Positions 25,921-38,214 of a stretch of DNA of 64,000 nt are shown here, in pieces. Each line of letters begins with the position of its first letter. Positions within the stretch are counted from its first letter, which is position 1. Source of the DNA: Lama glama (taxonomy: Eukaryota). The translations under genes were made by a program, and so were the position numbers. Location: contig CM052818.1 in NCBI GenBank assembly GCA_028534125.1, positions 32,242,001 through 32,306,000 of the forward strand. The letters run 5' to 3'. The notes below the pieces were generated by a model. It was not told the origin of the DNA. It did not search any database and saw nothing but the letters and a program-made list of their open reading frames with translations.

Positions 25921-26184
25921 GAGATCATTCCTATTCCAGCATGTATTTTTCTAAAACTTAAAAATTCTCTAGCACATAAAGTTAGGCTACTTGAAATATA
26001 ACATTCGGAAATAAACTTTGAGACTTGAAAATATACCATTTACTCCTTATAGCAAGCAAATATGTTACATAACTACAGTATAAATACTGAAACCATGAAA
26101 TTAGTAATAATATATAAAGCCCACGGGATTTGACTTGGATATTTGATAAACAGGTGTTCTTTGTGCATCTTTATTCACCCAAAT

Positions 26185-26353
26185 CAGTGTTTTTTAAACA
26201 GAATTCATAAAAATCACCTGGGCAGCTTGCTACAGTGCAGAGTGCGGGGCCCCACCCCAGAAGTTCTGATTTATTAGGTAAGGGATGGGGCCTAGTGACC
26301 TGGATTTTAACAAAAGGAACAGTAATCTGAGGAAAGTCACCTAAGAAACACTG
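26185..26353. mobile_element. MER5A/B-type MITE
   Basis: Termini CAGTGTTTTTTAAA...AAGAAACACTG; internal 'atcacctgggcagcttg...gggccccaccccagaagttctgattt'. Confidence 0.8.
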
Positions 26354-27869
26354 CCAGTCCCATTTCCTTGTAAGCATTCTGTCTTCAAGTTAACAGACTC
26401 CCCTTCTCATTATTTATAGGCTATAGCCCTAAAGATGTAAAAAAAAAAAAAAAAGTTCTCCTAGTATGCCTTTTTCTTCCACCTCCATGAAGTAGTAGAT
26501 TTAAGAGAACGGTAACATATTTTTTCACTTACAATTCCTTTTTATTTTATCCACTTTAAATAGGCTTAAAGAAATATCCCTTCATTTGCCTCTTTTTCCC
26601 CCAAGTGCCGATTTCCAGAGCTTTATCTGTTTACCCTTCTCCCATGTATCCCCTATAGTGACATTAGTTTGTGTTGCCCTGTCTGCCCTGCACAACTAAA
26701 AATCCTGTGAGGACAAGGACCTTGTTGGAGCCACTTCCACGAACCCTCCAGGGCTGCCCTGGGATCACCACAGTTAGCATTTTTAGCATTTGTAGGACTC
26801 TCAGAACTCTGGCCACAAGTGCTCTGATAACCCTGCCCAACTAGAGTCACTACCAAAGCCAGTTCACAGATCTGGAGGGTTTAAGTGGCATCCTTAAAGA
26901 CATACAGTAATTATCAAGGGATTTTGAACATAGGTCTCTGAACCCAGCATCCTATACAGGTTTTTCTCTTTACCGCACGGCCCCAGAGAAGATAGGTGTT
27001 TGCTGATGCTGACTTTTTTCCCCGGGAGTCATAGGACCCCTGTTGTCAAGAGGGGAGCAAGAGGGTGACAGCATTTTCCCTGTGTCCTCAAAGTTTTTCT
27101 TGCTGTCATTTGCTTCCAACTCTAGCACTTCCTTTTCCTGTTTCTCTGATGCCATGTGCCAGGCACCATCTGCACTAACAGGTAGCTATTCCATTAGCCC
27201 ATCTTCAAGAGGACCTTTCCCAATTCACAGGTAGCTGGGGAGTTCAGAGGGTGTTAATTACAGAACTTTCCTCCAAATCCACACAAGTAAGGAGCTTTCA
27301 CATTTCACATGGCCCCTTTCTTCCAAATATGTCACATTACAGACAAAATGCTTGCAAGAGGAGCTTCAAGATTTCCCTTAGCAATCCATGCCTCTGTGAA
27401 ACAGATGGGGGTTTTGACACAAGAGCCTCATCTGCACAGACAGTTGCTGTAGGGAAGTGACTGGGGAGGGAACTAACGTCTTTGAGCCCTGGGGTCCTGC
27501 AGCCAGACCCTCGGGGACCTTGTCCTTCCCCAAGGGCTTCCCTGCTCCAGATGAGGTGCCTTCAGGTTGCATACACAAGGGAAGCAAGTTGGGTCTGGAC
27601 TATGAGCAGAAAAGTACCTAAGAGTCAAGACTTTTGGAGCCTGCATTAATGGAGACCCCAACACAGTGGCTGGGCAGATCCCAAAGTGCAAACCTCCTGA
27701 TGAGGAATTTGCAAGTAGCTTGAAGAGAAGGTAAGAAACAAGCAGCCCTCAGAGTCCAGGACCAAAACCACCACCTTGGGAGGTCTTCTCTGTTTCCACT
27801 CACTCATCCTCCCACTTGCTTTCTTGTAGGCCCCCGGAGGACATTGTTTAAACCTTCATTTAACCACAG

Positions 27870-28020
27870 CAAATTGAACCTAGTTGATAAGATAGCTGGT
27901 TCCTTGTTATATTGTGAGAGTAAGTCCCATGTCCTCTGCCTCATAACCCTGGATCCGGATTTCTGGCACATAGTAGATGCTCAATACATGTTCAGATAAT
28001 GAATGAACAAATAGATAAAT
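27870..28020 (+). mobile_element. L2 3' end
   Basis: 'ctggcacatagtagatgctcaatacatgtt...aatgaatgaa'. Confidence 0.75.
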
Positions 28021-28029
28021 TACATGGAA

Positions 28030-28372
28030 TGACAGCTGTCTGCAAGTATTGAAAGATTTTCCTACAAAGAGGGGATGTTTTTGTCCTTTGTGCAGTAATG
28101 GGTAGGATCCTAATCAAGCAGTAGATGCTGTGATTTTAATAACATAAAGTAGAGGGATTTGTTTCATTTTGTTTTTTAGCTGTCTGGACACTGGGATGTT
28201 GAGATGGGTTAACCACCATGGAGGAGGCAGTGAGATCCCCGTCATGGAAGGGGTTCAAAGCAGAAACTGGAGGAAAATATGCAAAAACGTTAAGGGGACA
28301 CAAGCATGGGTGTCTGGTTGGGCAGCTGGTCTAGACATCTTTAAAGTTTCTTCCAACCTTGAGACTCTGATT
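28030..28372 (+). mobile_element. L3/CR1 LINE 3' end
   Basis: 'gacagctgtctgcaagtattgaa...ggaggcagtgagatccccgtcatggaaggggttcaaagcagaaactgga...tttcttccaaccttgagactctgatt'. Confidence 0.7.
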
Positions 28373-30114
28373 TCAGGATTTGTTTTTATTTACCTGCATG
28401 GCTGCTTTATTGGCCTGAATATATATAGGGATATTTTTCATCTTCCAAAGTAATCTGAAGGCAACCTCTCCACTTACCTAAGGAGCTTTTGGTGGGCAGC
28501 ATGGATTGACTTATAGCGGGGCTGGCTTGCATGTTGCATGATTCACTGTGCTCCATAGATGTCCCCAAACACGTATATCATTGTGTCTGCTGCTCCAAGA
28601 TGACACTGTTATTTCCCACCTGTGCAAATACAGCTGTAAAAAATGATGCATGGCCAGCCATCCCTTCCCCAGAGTGTAGGCAGAGAGCACACACCCTCTG
28701 GCTTAACACGCCCAAGAGGCACACACACCCTCTTCTGAATTTCAATACTCATTTTCAAGCCTGGTAAGAAGAGAAGAGAATTGCAAATGAACTCACATTA
28801 CCAGCAATGCCAAACCAGCCTCCCTTCTAAATTACTTTGTATATTTAGTCTGTGGACTACAGAAGCCCTTGCATCTTCTGTGGCTTCTTGGAAAATCATA
28901 AAGGTTTCCAGCAGTTTCAGCAAACAAGCAGGCTCTGAGCCTTCTGTCTTTGTTAGAGACTTGATTCAAACTGTGTCCTCTAGCAGTGAAACACAAAGGG
29001 AAAGAAAGTCAGTATGCTATAACTTTGAAATTTTTAGCAAGCGCCACAGGAAAGAATAATAAACCATAAATTGCTGCATCTGGCCTTAAATTTATAAAGA
29101 AAACAATAATACAAGAAACTAAAAATGTTACTCTCCTTTGTCATTAAAAAAAGATAGTTTCCGACTCTTCATCACTTTTTGTTTATCCTTTTACTTCACC
29201 AGTTGTTGAAATTGTATCAAAAGCAACATCACTTTCTCCCCACCCCTCCTATAGGCAATACACTTGTGCTGAAAAATCCACACAAATTCAAGCAGCAAAA
29301 CGATTGGGGAAAAGTTGAGAGTGGGAAGATAAAAGGTGTGGGTGGGTTTCAGATTAGGAAGCAAAGCCAGGGGCTTATCTGGAGGGCCTGTGTCATTGAC
29401 CCTGAGATGTAAAGTGGCATCTGTGTTCAAGGTGGAATCCCTGCACTTCTCCCCTAGCCACCCTCGTTTTCACCAAAGAGGCCATTGAATTGTGTCATCT
29501 CCTAACAGAAACAGACTGTGGTGAGAAGGATGGGGCCTGACTCCATCTTCTCTTCTTTTATGTGTGCTCAGCAAACCAGGACCGATTCTATTATATTTCG
29601 TTCTTTCAGGGCAATCATCTTGGACTGCATTATAATAAACACATAGGATTTTTTTCCCCTTCTGAAGCCACTGCTTGCTGTGCTGCTCAAAATAATTTCC
29701 CAGTCAGACAAAAGCACCGCATGTCAGCAGACTTGTTCTCAGTGCACTCTCTGTCCCCATCCTACCCAGATATTGTGATGGCTTAACCTGAATGTTCCCT
29801 GCACAGGTGCTGGTATACCTACCGGTAAGAAATCAGAATGGGCTGCTCTAAAAAAACAACAGCAAATGGCCTCTGGACAAGTAATAGGGCTTGGTCCTAG
29901 AGGATCGGGGTTGAGGGATCTGTGCCCTGCTTGCTCCTTCAGCCCACAGTGGGCAGAAGGAGGTGGTCAGATGATGCATCAGTATTAGTGCAGCTGTGCT
30001 GTCACCATGGGGAATGAACCAAGTGGGAGGGCGTTGAAGCAGAATCAGAGGACATAGACAGTGTCTCTGGACACAGGGAGGGATCCGCCTCATTTTGCTT
30101 CTCTGCAGGCTGGC

Positions 30115-30255
30115 TCCTCCAGGTGCATTAAAAGTATTGATGCCTGGCCCTCACTGCTGAGATTCCGTTTAGTTGGTCAGGAAGGAGGCTGAGCACTGGT
30201 ATGTTTTAAATCTCCCCAGGTGATGTTAGTGTGCAGCCAGGGTTGAAAACCTCTT
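30115..30255. mobile_element. MER5A-type MITE fragment
   Basis: 'tgatgcctggccctcac...gagattccgtttagttggtc...tttaaatctccccaggtgatgttagtgtgcagccagggttgaaaacc'. Confidence 0.75.
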
Positions 30256-30569
30256 GTCCAGGCTCTGGAGGAGTGGAAGAAGGTTGCACAGCACCCAATC
30301 CAGAATTAATGGACAGTACGTGTGAACTATTATCATTACCATTATTATTGTTAATCCAAAGGCTGGTTGCACATCCTGGGAGCATCTACTGGAATCCCCA
30401 GAGGGGATGACCTTGTCCCACAACTAATTTCCCCTCACTTGTTTCCACCCAGGGTAGGTGTTCAATAAACATAGCCGGATTTGTTAAGGTAACCCCTAGG
30501 AAGTGGGTCAACTTGATTTTTTTTTTTCCTGCTTATGGCTGTGAGCCATGACCATGATACGTTTTTTAT

Positions 30570-30700
30570 AAAGAGTCCTGGAGTTGGGTCAGGATACTTG
30601 GGTTCTTGTTCTAGCTCTACCACCTTGATCAAGTCCCTTCTTCTCTCTTGGCCTCAGTATACCCATTTGTAGAACAAGAGTGTTGGATTATGTGATTAAT
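30570..30700 (+). mobile_element. MIR SINE
   Basis: 'ttgggtcaggatacttgggttcttgttctagctct...ggcctcagtatacccatttgta'. Confidence 0.7.
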
Positions 30701-30899
30701 CACCAAAAGCTCACCTGCTCTGTCTTTGGCTTTAGAAATAGAAGTTAACAAAACACTGCTGTTTTGTTTGTTTGTCTACTGACAGGAGACCCAGGCCAGG
30801 AACAGTGATATAATAATACTCTTTGGTATTTGGGAAATAAGCAACATCAGAGGCACAGCGCAAGGGAAGGGTAAACATGTTTGGAAGAATACTAAATAT

Positions 30900-31110
30900 T
30901 TCATACTAAACACGTGGGGAAAGCAGAGATCAAGCAAAGTGGGGTTGGTGGAGAGAGTCTGGTGGAAAGGTCAATTGGGTCTAGGTTGTGAGGAGTCTCG
31001 AGTGCCTTGATCAGGTTCTTGGATTTTATTTAGAATGAAATCAGGCATCAACCACAAATGTCAGGAAACTGATGCCCCAGATGTGCTTTAACAGCCAATT
31101 CTGGCATCCA
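30900..31110 (-). mobile_element. L2 fragment
   Basis: 'ggtctaggttgtgaggagtctcgagtgcc...ttggattttatt...gatgtgcttta'. Confidence 0.5.
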
Positions 31111-31679
31111 CATTGCTAGGGAGTCCTTAAGGGAGAACTCATACCTTACTCTTCTTCCAATCATTAAGTGCCTGGCACCATCATTGTTGAATGATTAATG
31201 AATGGAAGACTTTTAAACTGATGTCAGATACCCTGATGAAGATGAAAACAGATCGTATCCAGCTGATAGGCCACACACTAAACTCTAGGTTCTCTAATAT
31301 CTATATTTTTTAAACACCTGGAAGGATAACTGAAGTTTAAAATACTCTTCCTGATTCTTACAAGAATATAAACAGGCTTTGGCCACCAGAGTTTTCTAAG
31401 CCAACACAGGGACACTATTTGCACATTATTTTGCATGAAATGTAGTCATTTACATATATTTGCATAGTGCTTTCAAAGAGCCTTAATTCCAAGTATGTCA
31501 AATAAAATAAAACAAATTAGTGTAATCTGCTGCCATTGTATGGCAGCCCAGCTTGGAGATCCTGGTGGTAATGGGGCCCGCTTTGAAGAAACTCAGGGTG
31601 TCCAGGGGTACCAAGACACAGTGAAGTCTGAGAACAGGGGACCCTAGGGCAGGGTCAAGTCTCTAGCATCTGGACAGTG

Positions 31680-31870
31680 CTCTGTAGTTCACAAACCCAG
31701 CTAACATCCCTTATTTCATACAAGCCTCACGGAAACCTGTGTGCTTGGTAGGCCCGAGGTTGTTAGGAACTATTCATTAGCAATGGGATTTCAGAGACGA
31801 GGTGACTTGCTTGTGACATGGTAGTAAGTGGTCGTGCCTAGACATAAGCCTAAGACTTTATTACAGATCT
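31680..31870 (-). mobile_element. MIR SINE
   Basis: 'tttcatacaagcctcac...tcagagacgaggtgacttgc...gtaagtgg'. Confidence 0.65.
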
Positions 31871-32479
31871 AGGCCTCTTGGTCCTGAGGCCTGATGCTCT
31901 GAGAATTGATCCAGAATTCTATCAAGGAGGCAGAATATTCCCATTTACTGCTCATCCAGCGTCTCCTCTTCAGCCACCATACTGCCTTTGAGAAGCTGTA
32001 CAAGGGGACCCCCTGATGGCCCAGGGACAGTGATGCCTAGCCTGTGATGCATCTAGCCCTAAGTAATTGCCTTTTTATTGTTTGAGACAGTTATTTGAAA
32101 GTTATGGTAATGGGATGAAAATATAAGCAGCTTACAGTATACTAGAACATTAATTCTCTGGGGATGATTTCTTTTTCCCTCTGAGCATCTCTGTGGAACC
32201 TTTTCCATTGCATTATGTAGAATTTATTTTTAGTCTTTTTCCCTATGATCTACTATCACCTGTCCAGCCTTGCTTCATTACTGATTTCCATATTTGCTAA
32301 GATACAGCTATATAAAAACACTTACGTATATGTGCTCTATATAAGATATATAAGAAACACTTATACATATATGTTTCTGATGTAGGTCCCAGACAGGAAG
32401 ACCTCTGGTCTGGGGAGTGGTATTCAGTAGCAGGTCAGACACACACAATGGGAAGGAGGAGCCAATCATGGGCTTAAGG

Positions 32480-32600
32480 GCCAGACGGAGTTAAGTTCAA
32501 ATCCTCACCCCTCCATCTTTGATAACTTGACCTTGGCCTCTTTGAGCTTCAGTATCTCCATCTGTAAAAGCAGTGGTGCATCTGCATCTCCTAGAAGCTC
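32480..32600 (+). mobile_element. MIR SINE
   Basis: 'gttcaaatcct...gaccttggcctctttgagcttcagtatctccatctgtaaaa'. Confidence 0.7.
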
Positions 32601-32717
32601 AAACCAGTGCTTTGAGGCAGACCCTGTGAAATTTGGGTGGGCCTGGCCTGGGTTTGAGCAGACCTGAGGGGTCAGCTCCTGCAGCCGGCAGTCCTGGGAG
32701 GCAAAGAATGCTCCCAC

Positions 32718-32983
32718 ATAGGCTGACTTATCCCTGAGATACAGCAGGCATGGCGCCTGCAGCCCACAGAACTCTTAGGGCCCCATGAAAATATTTATAA
32801 ATTTCTTTTAAAACCAGAAGGAAGGAAAATGAGTTTTACAGTAAAATAAAGTGTTTTAATATATAATAATATATTTGTATACCCATGCAATTGTAAAACA
32901 CAATCTTTAATCTTTGTTTTGTAGAGGAAGTGTCCCATGAAGGCAAAAGTACCCCAGCCCTTGGAAGTCATAATGCAGGCCTA
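32718..32983. mobile_element. ORSL-like hAT-Tip100 MITE, near full length
   Basis: 'ggctgacttatcc...gcccacagaactcttagggccccatgaaaat...gaaggcaaaagtaccccagcccttggaagtcataatgcaggcc' follows the recalled ORSL consensus from end to end. Confidence 0.7.
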
Positions 32984-34179
32984 GATGCTATAGCCCAGCC
33001 CTCAGTTGTCCCCTGGCCACCCAGTCTTTATCTATTCAATCTCCATCTTTTCATTTACAAAAGAGCATCCAAACTGAGGGCTTGTGTGACCCAGCTCCCA
33101 GCATTTCACCATGCCCAGTGAGAATCCACCTTTTGAAATTTTTTATATCAAAATGACCCTTGGTTTGTCCCGACTCCACTACTTGCTTACCCTCTATCTT
33201 GCTTTGGCCAGTACTTTTCCACATTCCTCAGTTTTCCTCGTGTTCCTGCCCACTACTCCCCAAGTGCCTCAAGCCGAAGCAAGAGAAAGACAGAGAAAGG
33301 ACAGAGTGGGTAACAGGGAGCTCCTGACTCCCTGTTCCACAGCACACCTTTTGTCCTCTGCCCTCTTCATTCAGGGATTGTTCCAACAGGTAAATAAATA
33401 TTTTAATAGTAATCACATTGCTCTTTATTGTAGTGTGATATAAACTACTAAGAAAATAGGAGAATTAATGCCAGTCATGATGTGGCTTTCTCCTTTCTGT
33501 GCCTCAACTTTTTCTTCTGCAAATTGGGACTGTAATAAGAGCAGCTTTACAAGAGCAGTGGGAAAGGAAATGAAATTACAGCTGGGAAGGTGTGAAACCT
33601 TCAGAAGAAACATTCTAGCTGAACCAGGAGTTATTATTAGCCTGATTATCAGTGAGCTCAAGCCTCTCAGAGTACCCGGACACAAGGGTTTCCTGCGTTT
33701 ATGGGACTAAATTCCTTTGCTTCTGTCCTGAATTACCATCCATTAATTTCATCACCAGTGAAGGGCCCTGATTTTCTATTACTCTCAGTCCACACCCATG
33801 GCCTGCAAAAGGCTGAATGAGCCAGCGGTTGGTTTAGCTTGGAGACTTAGCAGTACCCCTTCCCAACCACTTCTGAAATTCTTGGTCACCCTTCTGGCAG
33901 GACTGAGGTCTGAGGGTGAGGAAACAGGAGCAGGAAGGGAAGAGTGAGAAGAGAAAAGGAAGGTGAGGATGTCACAGGAAGGGACACCCTCAACTGCCTG
34001 CCTATCATTCCAGGCCTGAGCCCTCATTCTCCATCCACCATCATCCTTCATCCTTTGAATGGGACACTCGGGATGTGTTCCCTGATCCCTGCATCCTTGT
34101 CACATTGTAACTACCATGGGACACTCTTAACCTTGGCTGGTGGTAGAGTTGTGACTTTGCCTCTTTCATGTTCTGAGTT

Positions 34180-34355
34180 AGAATCAGGGGCCTTTGATCT
34201 GGGAAGGACACTGGAAATCATTTGTCCAAAATTGTCTTTTTATAGATGAGGAAGTTGAAGCCTGGTAGCCTAAGGGACTTGTCCAAGTTCACAGAGCAGA
34301 GAAGCCAGGACTAAAACCCAGGTATTCTGATGCCTAGTCCAGTGTCCATTTCACT
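34180..34355 (-). mobile_element. MIR SINE
   Basis: 'ggaaggacactggaaatcatttgtccaa...tttatagatgaggaagttgaagcc...gacttgtccaagttcacag'. Confidence 0.8.
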
Positions 34356-34444
34356 GTAGTGAATAGGGTTTTTGGTATGTGTGTGGGCACACACATTTCC
34401 ACATGCTTGGGAGTCTAGGCGTGCTTTCATTATTTTACTCATGA

Positions 34445-34600
34445 TTACAGCAACCAGGCCTGGAAAATGTGTAATATCTCCCCAGTTTTACTAATGAAGA
34501 ATCTGAAGCTCAAAGAGGCTAAAGGAGAATATCCAAGATCACCCAGATTGTAGCAAAGCTGGTATAAAACCCAGCCTCCTGACTCCCAGCAGCACCCTTC
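34445..34600 (-). mobile_element. MIR SINE
   Basis: 'ccccagttttactaatgaagaatctgaagctcaaagaggctaa...ccaagatcacccag'. Confidence 0.75.
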
Positions 34601-35762
34601 CCACTGCCCCACACTGCCTCCAAGCCAACTGTCCAGAGTTCTGAGCTACGGCTGTTATATAGGAGCCAGGATTCCCATCCATATTTATAGGAAACCTTTT
34701 GTCTCAACTGCATTCATGCTTAGAAGTCTCAATATTTTTTTAAAATCTATCAGAGAAAAGAGAGTAACAATGGAGTTGATGGGCAATCTGTGTAATTAGC
34801 GCCCCAGAGCTCCCTGTACTATAAGGTTTTCTGAGTCAGTGCATTTTGCCGACAGATGCTCTTTTCACTGGTCAAGTAGCATTATCACAAGGATTATAAT
34901 GGAGGGGAATGATGCCTGGCAGGGGAGAATAGAGGGTAGGCATGATCTGGGTTTGTCATTAGTAATCTTAGGTATACTTGGGGTACCCATGAGCCTGCTT
35001 CCTGCAAAAACTTGAATGATGAAACCAGTGAGATCCAGACAAGAAGTTGGATATTTACTTCTAAATTAGTGCTAGTTTAGCTTGTTTGGAAATGATTTGT
35101 GCCTCTACAGGACAGCATTAACTAAAAGTTGTTTTGTTTCCTATGACCATAACTTTTACTCTTCTCACAATGGGCCAGATGGACGCATCAGAGGGGCCTT
35201 GCTGGGCTTCAGAGGAACGATGGATGTTCCTGTTCCTGCCAGTGTTTGGGAAGATATTTGTTACTCCTTAATCTCAGTGTAATCATAATACCCAAATCAA
35301 GGTCTTGAGAAACATCCAGCCCCTTCCAAAGCACTTCATGGAAGCACATAATTGGTTCTTCTGTGGTTCTTCAACCAGGACTGATGTTCAGGTCATACAG
35401 ACTAATACAATTGTGCTGGCTATTAATAGACTGACGAATTTCCAGATCAGCTGCAAAATAGCCGGTTCTCTGAGCCCTACAAGTTCCCCACCACTTCTCC
35501 AGCTGCTCCAGAGTCAGGGAGCCCAGATGAGCACCAATAAGGAGCTGCTCTGACACCTACTAATTTGCCAGTCAGACCCCATGGCTCCTGCAGGCCTGCC
35601 CCGTTCCTGCATCTCCCCTAGCCAAACAGGCTCTGCCCTGCTGAAGGAGACAGCATCTCTGATGGTTATACTAGACCCCGGCAGGCAAATGCCTACCCTG
35701 AGCTTCCCCTGAGGAACCTGGAGTGACTGGTTGCTAAGTGGTTTTAATATCACACTGTGGAT

Positions 35763-35889
35763 GGGGAAAGATAGAGCTCAGTGGTAGAGTTCATGCTTAG
35801 CATGCACAAGGTCATGGGTTCAATCCCTAGTACCTCCATTAAAATCAATCAATCAATCAATCAATCAATCGAATCCCTCCGCCCAAAAA
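35763..35889 (+). mobile_element. tRNA-Ala-derived SINE (camelid vic-1 type) with (TCAA)n tail
   Basis: 'ggggaaagatagagctcagtggtagagttcatgcttagcatgcacaaggtcatgggttcaatccctagtacctccattaaaa' has A and B boxes and is followed by about 6-7 TCAA units. Confidence 0.9.
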
Positions 35890-36567
35890 TTGCACTGTAT
35901 GTTCAAATTCCTTAGTGAGATGCAAGGGAGGCCAATGCTTTCCATGGGGTGTGGGCCCGCTTGTTGGCCATGAGGTTGACATGGGCAAGGCCTGGAGCAG
36001 GGTGTGCCAAGCCCTGCCTCTCACAGTGGTCATGTGGGCAGTGCTGAGAGCTGCCTGCCCAGACCCTGACTGCAAGGCCAAGTTGAGGTCAAGTGTGGGG
36101 GAATGTAGAAGTCCAAAGTGACTATTAAAACCAGAGGCCCTTGATCCAAGAGTGACAAGTAAGGGCCCAGAGCCAAACAGGAAACAAAGAACCAGGGGAG
36201 ACAAGAGGGAATGAAATATTTCTGCCCCTCAATCAGAGTCCACAGATACACGAGAGTCTGTGAGTTCTCTGTGATAATTTAAATGATCTGTTTTCATTTT
36301 GATAATAATCTAAAAGAATGACATTTTCACCTCTATGTTGGGCTTGTGTTTTTAATCACTATGGTACCAGAAGGGTGCTTTAATTGTCATGACACATGAA
36401 AAAAGAAGTGAGGCAGACCTACTGAGGGTTCAGGTCCTTGACGGCCAAAAGACCACAGAGGACCCTGATAAGAAAAGGGTATGCCACAGTTGGCATAGCC
36501 AAACTCTTGTGGAAGCTGATTCATTGCACAATCTGTGTAGTAAGGGCACATCAGCCTGCAAAGACCT

Positions 36568-36988
36568 AGATTCATTTTCTGGGGCTGCTATAACCAAGGA
36601 CCACAGATTGGATGGCTTATTCTCTCACAGTACTGATGACCAGAAGACTGAGATCAAGGTGTCCGTTGGGACATGCTCCCTCTACGACTGAGTAGAATGC
36701 TTCCTTGCCTCTTCCTGGCTTTTGGTGGTGGCCACTGATCCTTGGCTTTCTTTGGCTTGGAGCTGCATCGCTCCAGTCTCTGCCTTTGTCATCACATGGT
36801 CTTCTCTCTGTATGGCTTTCCCTTTTTCTGCCTATTAGGACACAGTCATATTGGATTAGGACCCACCCTAATGGCCCCATCTTAACTTGATTACATATAC
36901 AGAGACCCTATATAAGGTCATATTCACAGGTACCTGGCTTTAGGACTTCAGCATATCTTTTTGGAGAATAAAATTCAACCCAAAACAG
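36568..36988 (-). mobile_element. MaLR solo LTR (MLT1C/D-like)
   Basis: 'ggggctgctataaccaaggaccacagattggatggctta...ccagaagactgagatcaaggtgtc...gtcatattggattaggacccaccctaatggccccatcttaacttgattacat...aattcaacccaaaaca'. Confidence 0.9.
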
Positions 36989-37039
36989 AACCTGAGTAGA
37001 AGCAGTCTGTGCCCTATTTGTCCTGTGAGCAGTGACGTT

Positions 37040-37300
37040 GTTACAGTAAACAGCATCTCCATCACATTGAGTTGTCTGTTAATTTGAATTTGCATGGTTT
37101 TATTGTATTTACTTTGAAAATAATTACTGAATTATTTTATTTGGTTTTAATAGTCATACAAGAGCTATAAGCATAAGGATTTTATACCCACTTTTATGTT
37201 ATACATTTTAAAATAACATAATACAAACAATTTGTCGGCTCAGGTAGTCCTTGACAATTTTCATTTGTTCTATTTTGTATCTGCATGTTATTTCAGTACT
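37040..37300. mobile_element. Possible Charlie-type DNA transposon fragment
   Basis: AT-rich 'gagctataagcataaggattttataccc...aaataacataata' is reminiscent of Charlie internal sequence and may pair with 36230-36560 across the LTR. Confidence 0.3.
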
Positions 37301-38214
37301 AGAGCCCCTGGGGTCTAGATGAATTCCAGATGTGAGAGGAGATGGTGGCTTTCTAAAGCTTGTATGTGTGAGTAAATCTGTTAAAAGGAGCTTGCCTGGG
37401 CACGTGGTCAGATTGCAAATTCCCTGCAGGCTTGTGTACCTCTTATGACCAGCACATGCCCCAGGGTGAATGTTGCGCTTTGAGTTGGCCTTGGAACCAA
37501 GATCATTTCCCTTAGGGTCCTCTCCCGCCCCTATCCTAGGCCCTTAGCAGTAATTCCTGGACTAGAGAGGGCCCGATTCTGGCTTGAGTCCCACAGCGAG
37601 GTCTGGTCTGGAGCTTACTAAGCTCCAGCAAGCTGAATGATCCCTAGAAACTTGAGGAAGAACTGGCTTCCAGGACAAGACTACAGCTCCCTTCCCCCAG
37701 AATTAATAGGGGCCCCAGAGGACACTGAACCCTACTCCTTTGACACTCATGGCCCTGAGGACAAGTTCGCCTTCAGTACTACAAGAAAGCCTGAATATCA
37801 ATCCAAAGTGTTTGCTTCATGCTCTTTGGTCCAGAAATGGATTGATGGACATTAGATAGAATTCTCCACTTCTTCTAAGTACCCCTAAATGTAGCTATCT
37901 GGAGGGTGGGAATGGGATCTGGAGAGTAGCCTTAAGCCACTTGCTGCAAATAACAAATTTCTTTGCTCTCTTTTTATCTTTAACTTTTTCTTGAGTTTTA
38001 ATTCCAAAATGTTTAAACCTCATTCTTTTAAAAAATGTTAAACTAACTTGTTTCCTCAAAAATTTTGTATCAAAATCAATGCTCCAGAAAGATGTTTCAG
38101 GTTTCTCCATAATGTTAGGCACACCACCAACCTCATTCCCTTCTCACCTGCCATCTCCAGTTGGTGAAGCACTAAATAACAAATAGTTGAGGGACTTCTT
38201 TCTTCTAGGACCAG

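Noticed and set aside
28559..28763. Possible 205-nt open-frame exon (DVPKHVYHCVCC...)
   Set aside because: Weak acceptor, not frame-preserving, peptide not recognised; mentioned only in the RBFOX finding.
32298..32378. Imperfect ~40-bp tandem duplication
   Set aside because: Two AT-rich copies only; ordinary local duplication, not an array.
35763..35838. tRNA-Ala gene call (also 10162-10235)
   Set aside because: Altered 5' end and acceptor stem, A-rich or STR tail and insertion inside L1 indicate SINE copies.
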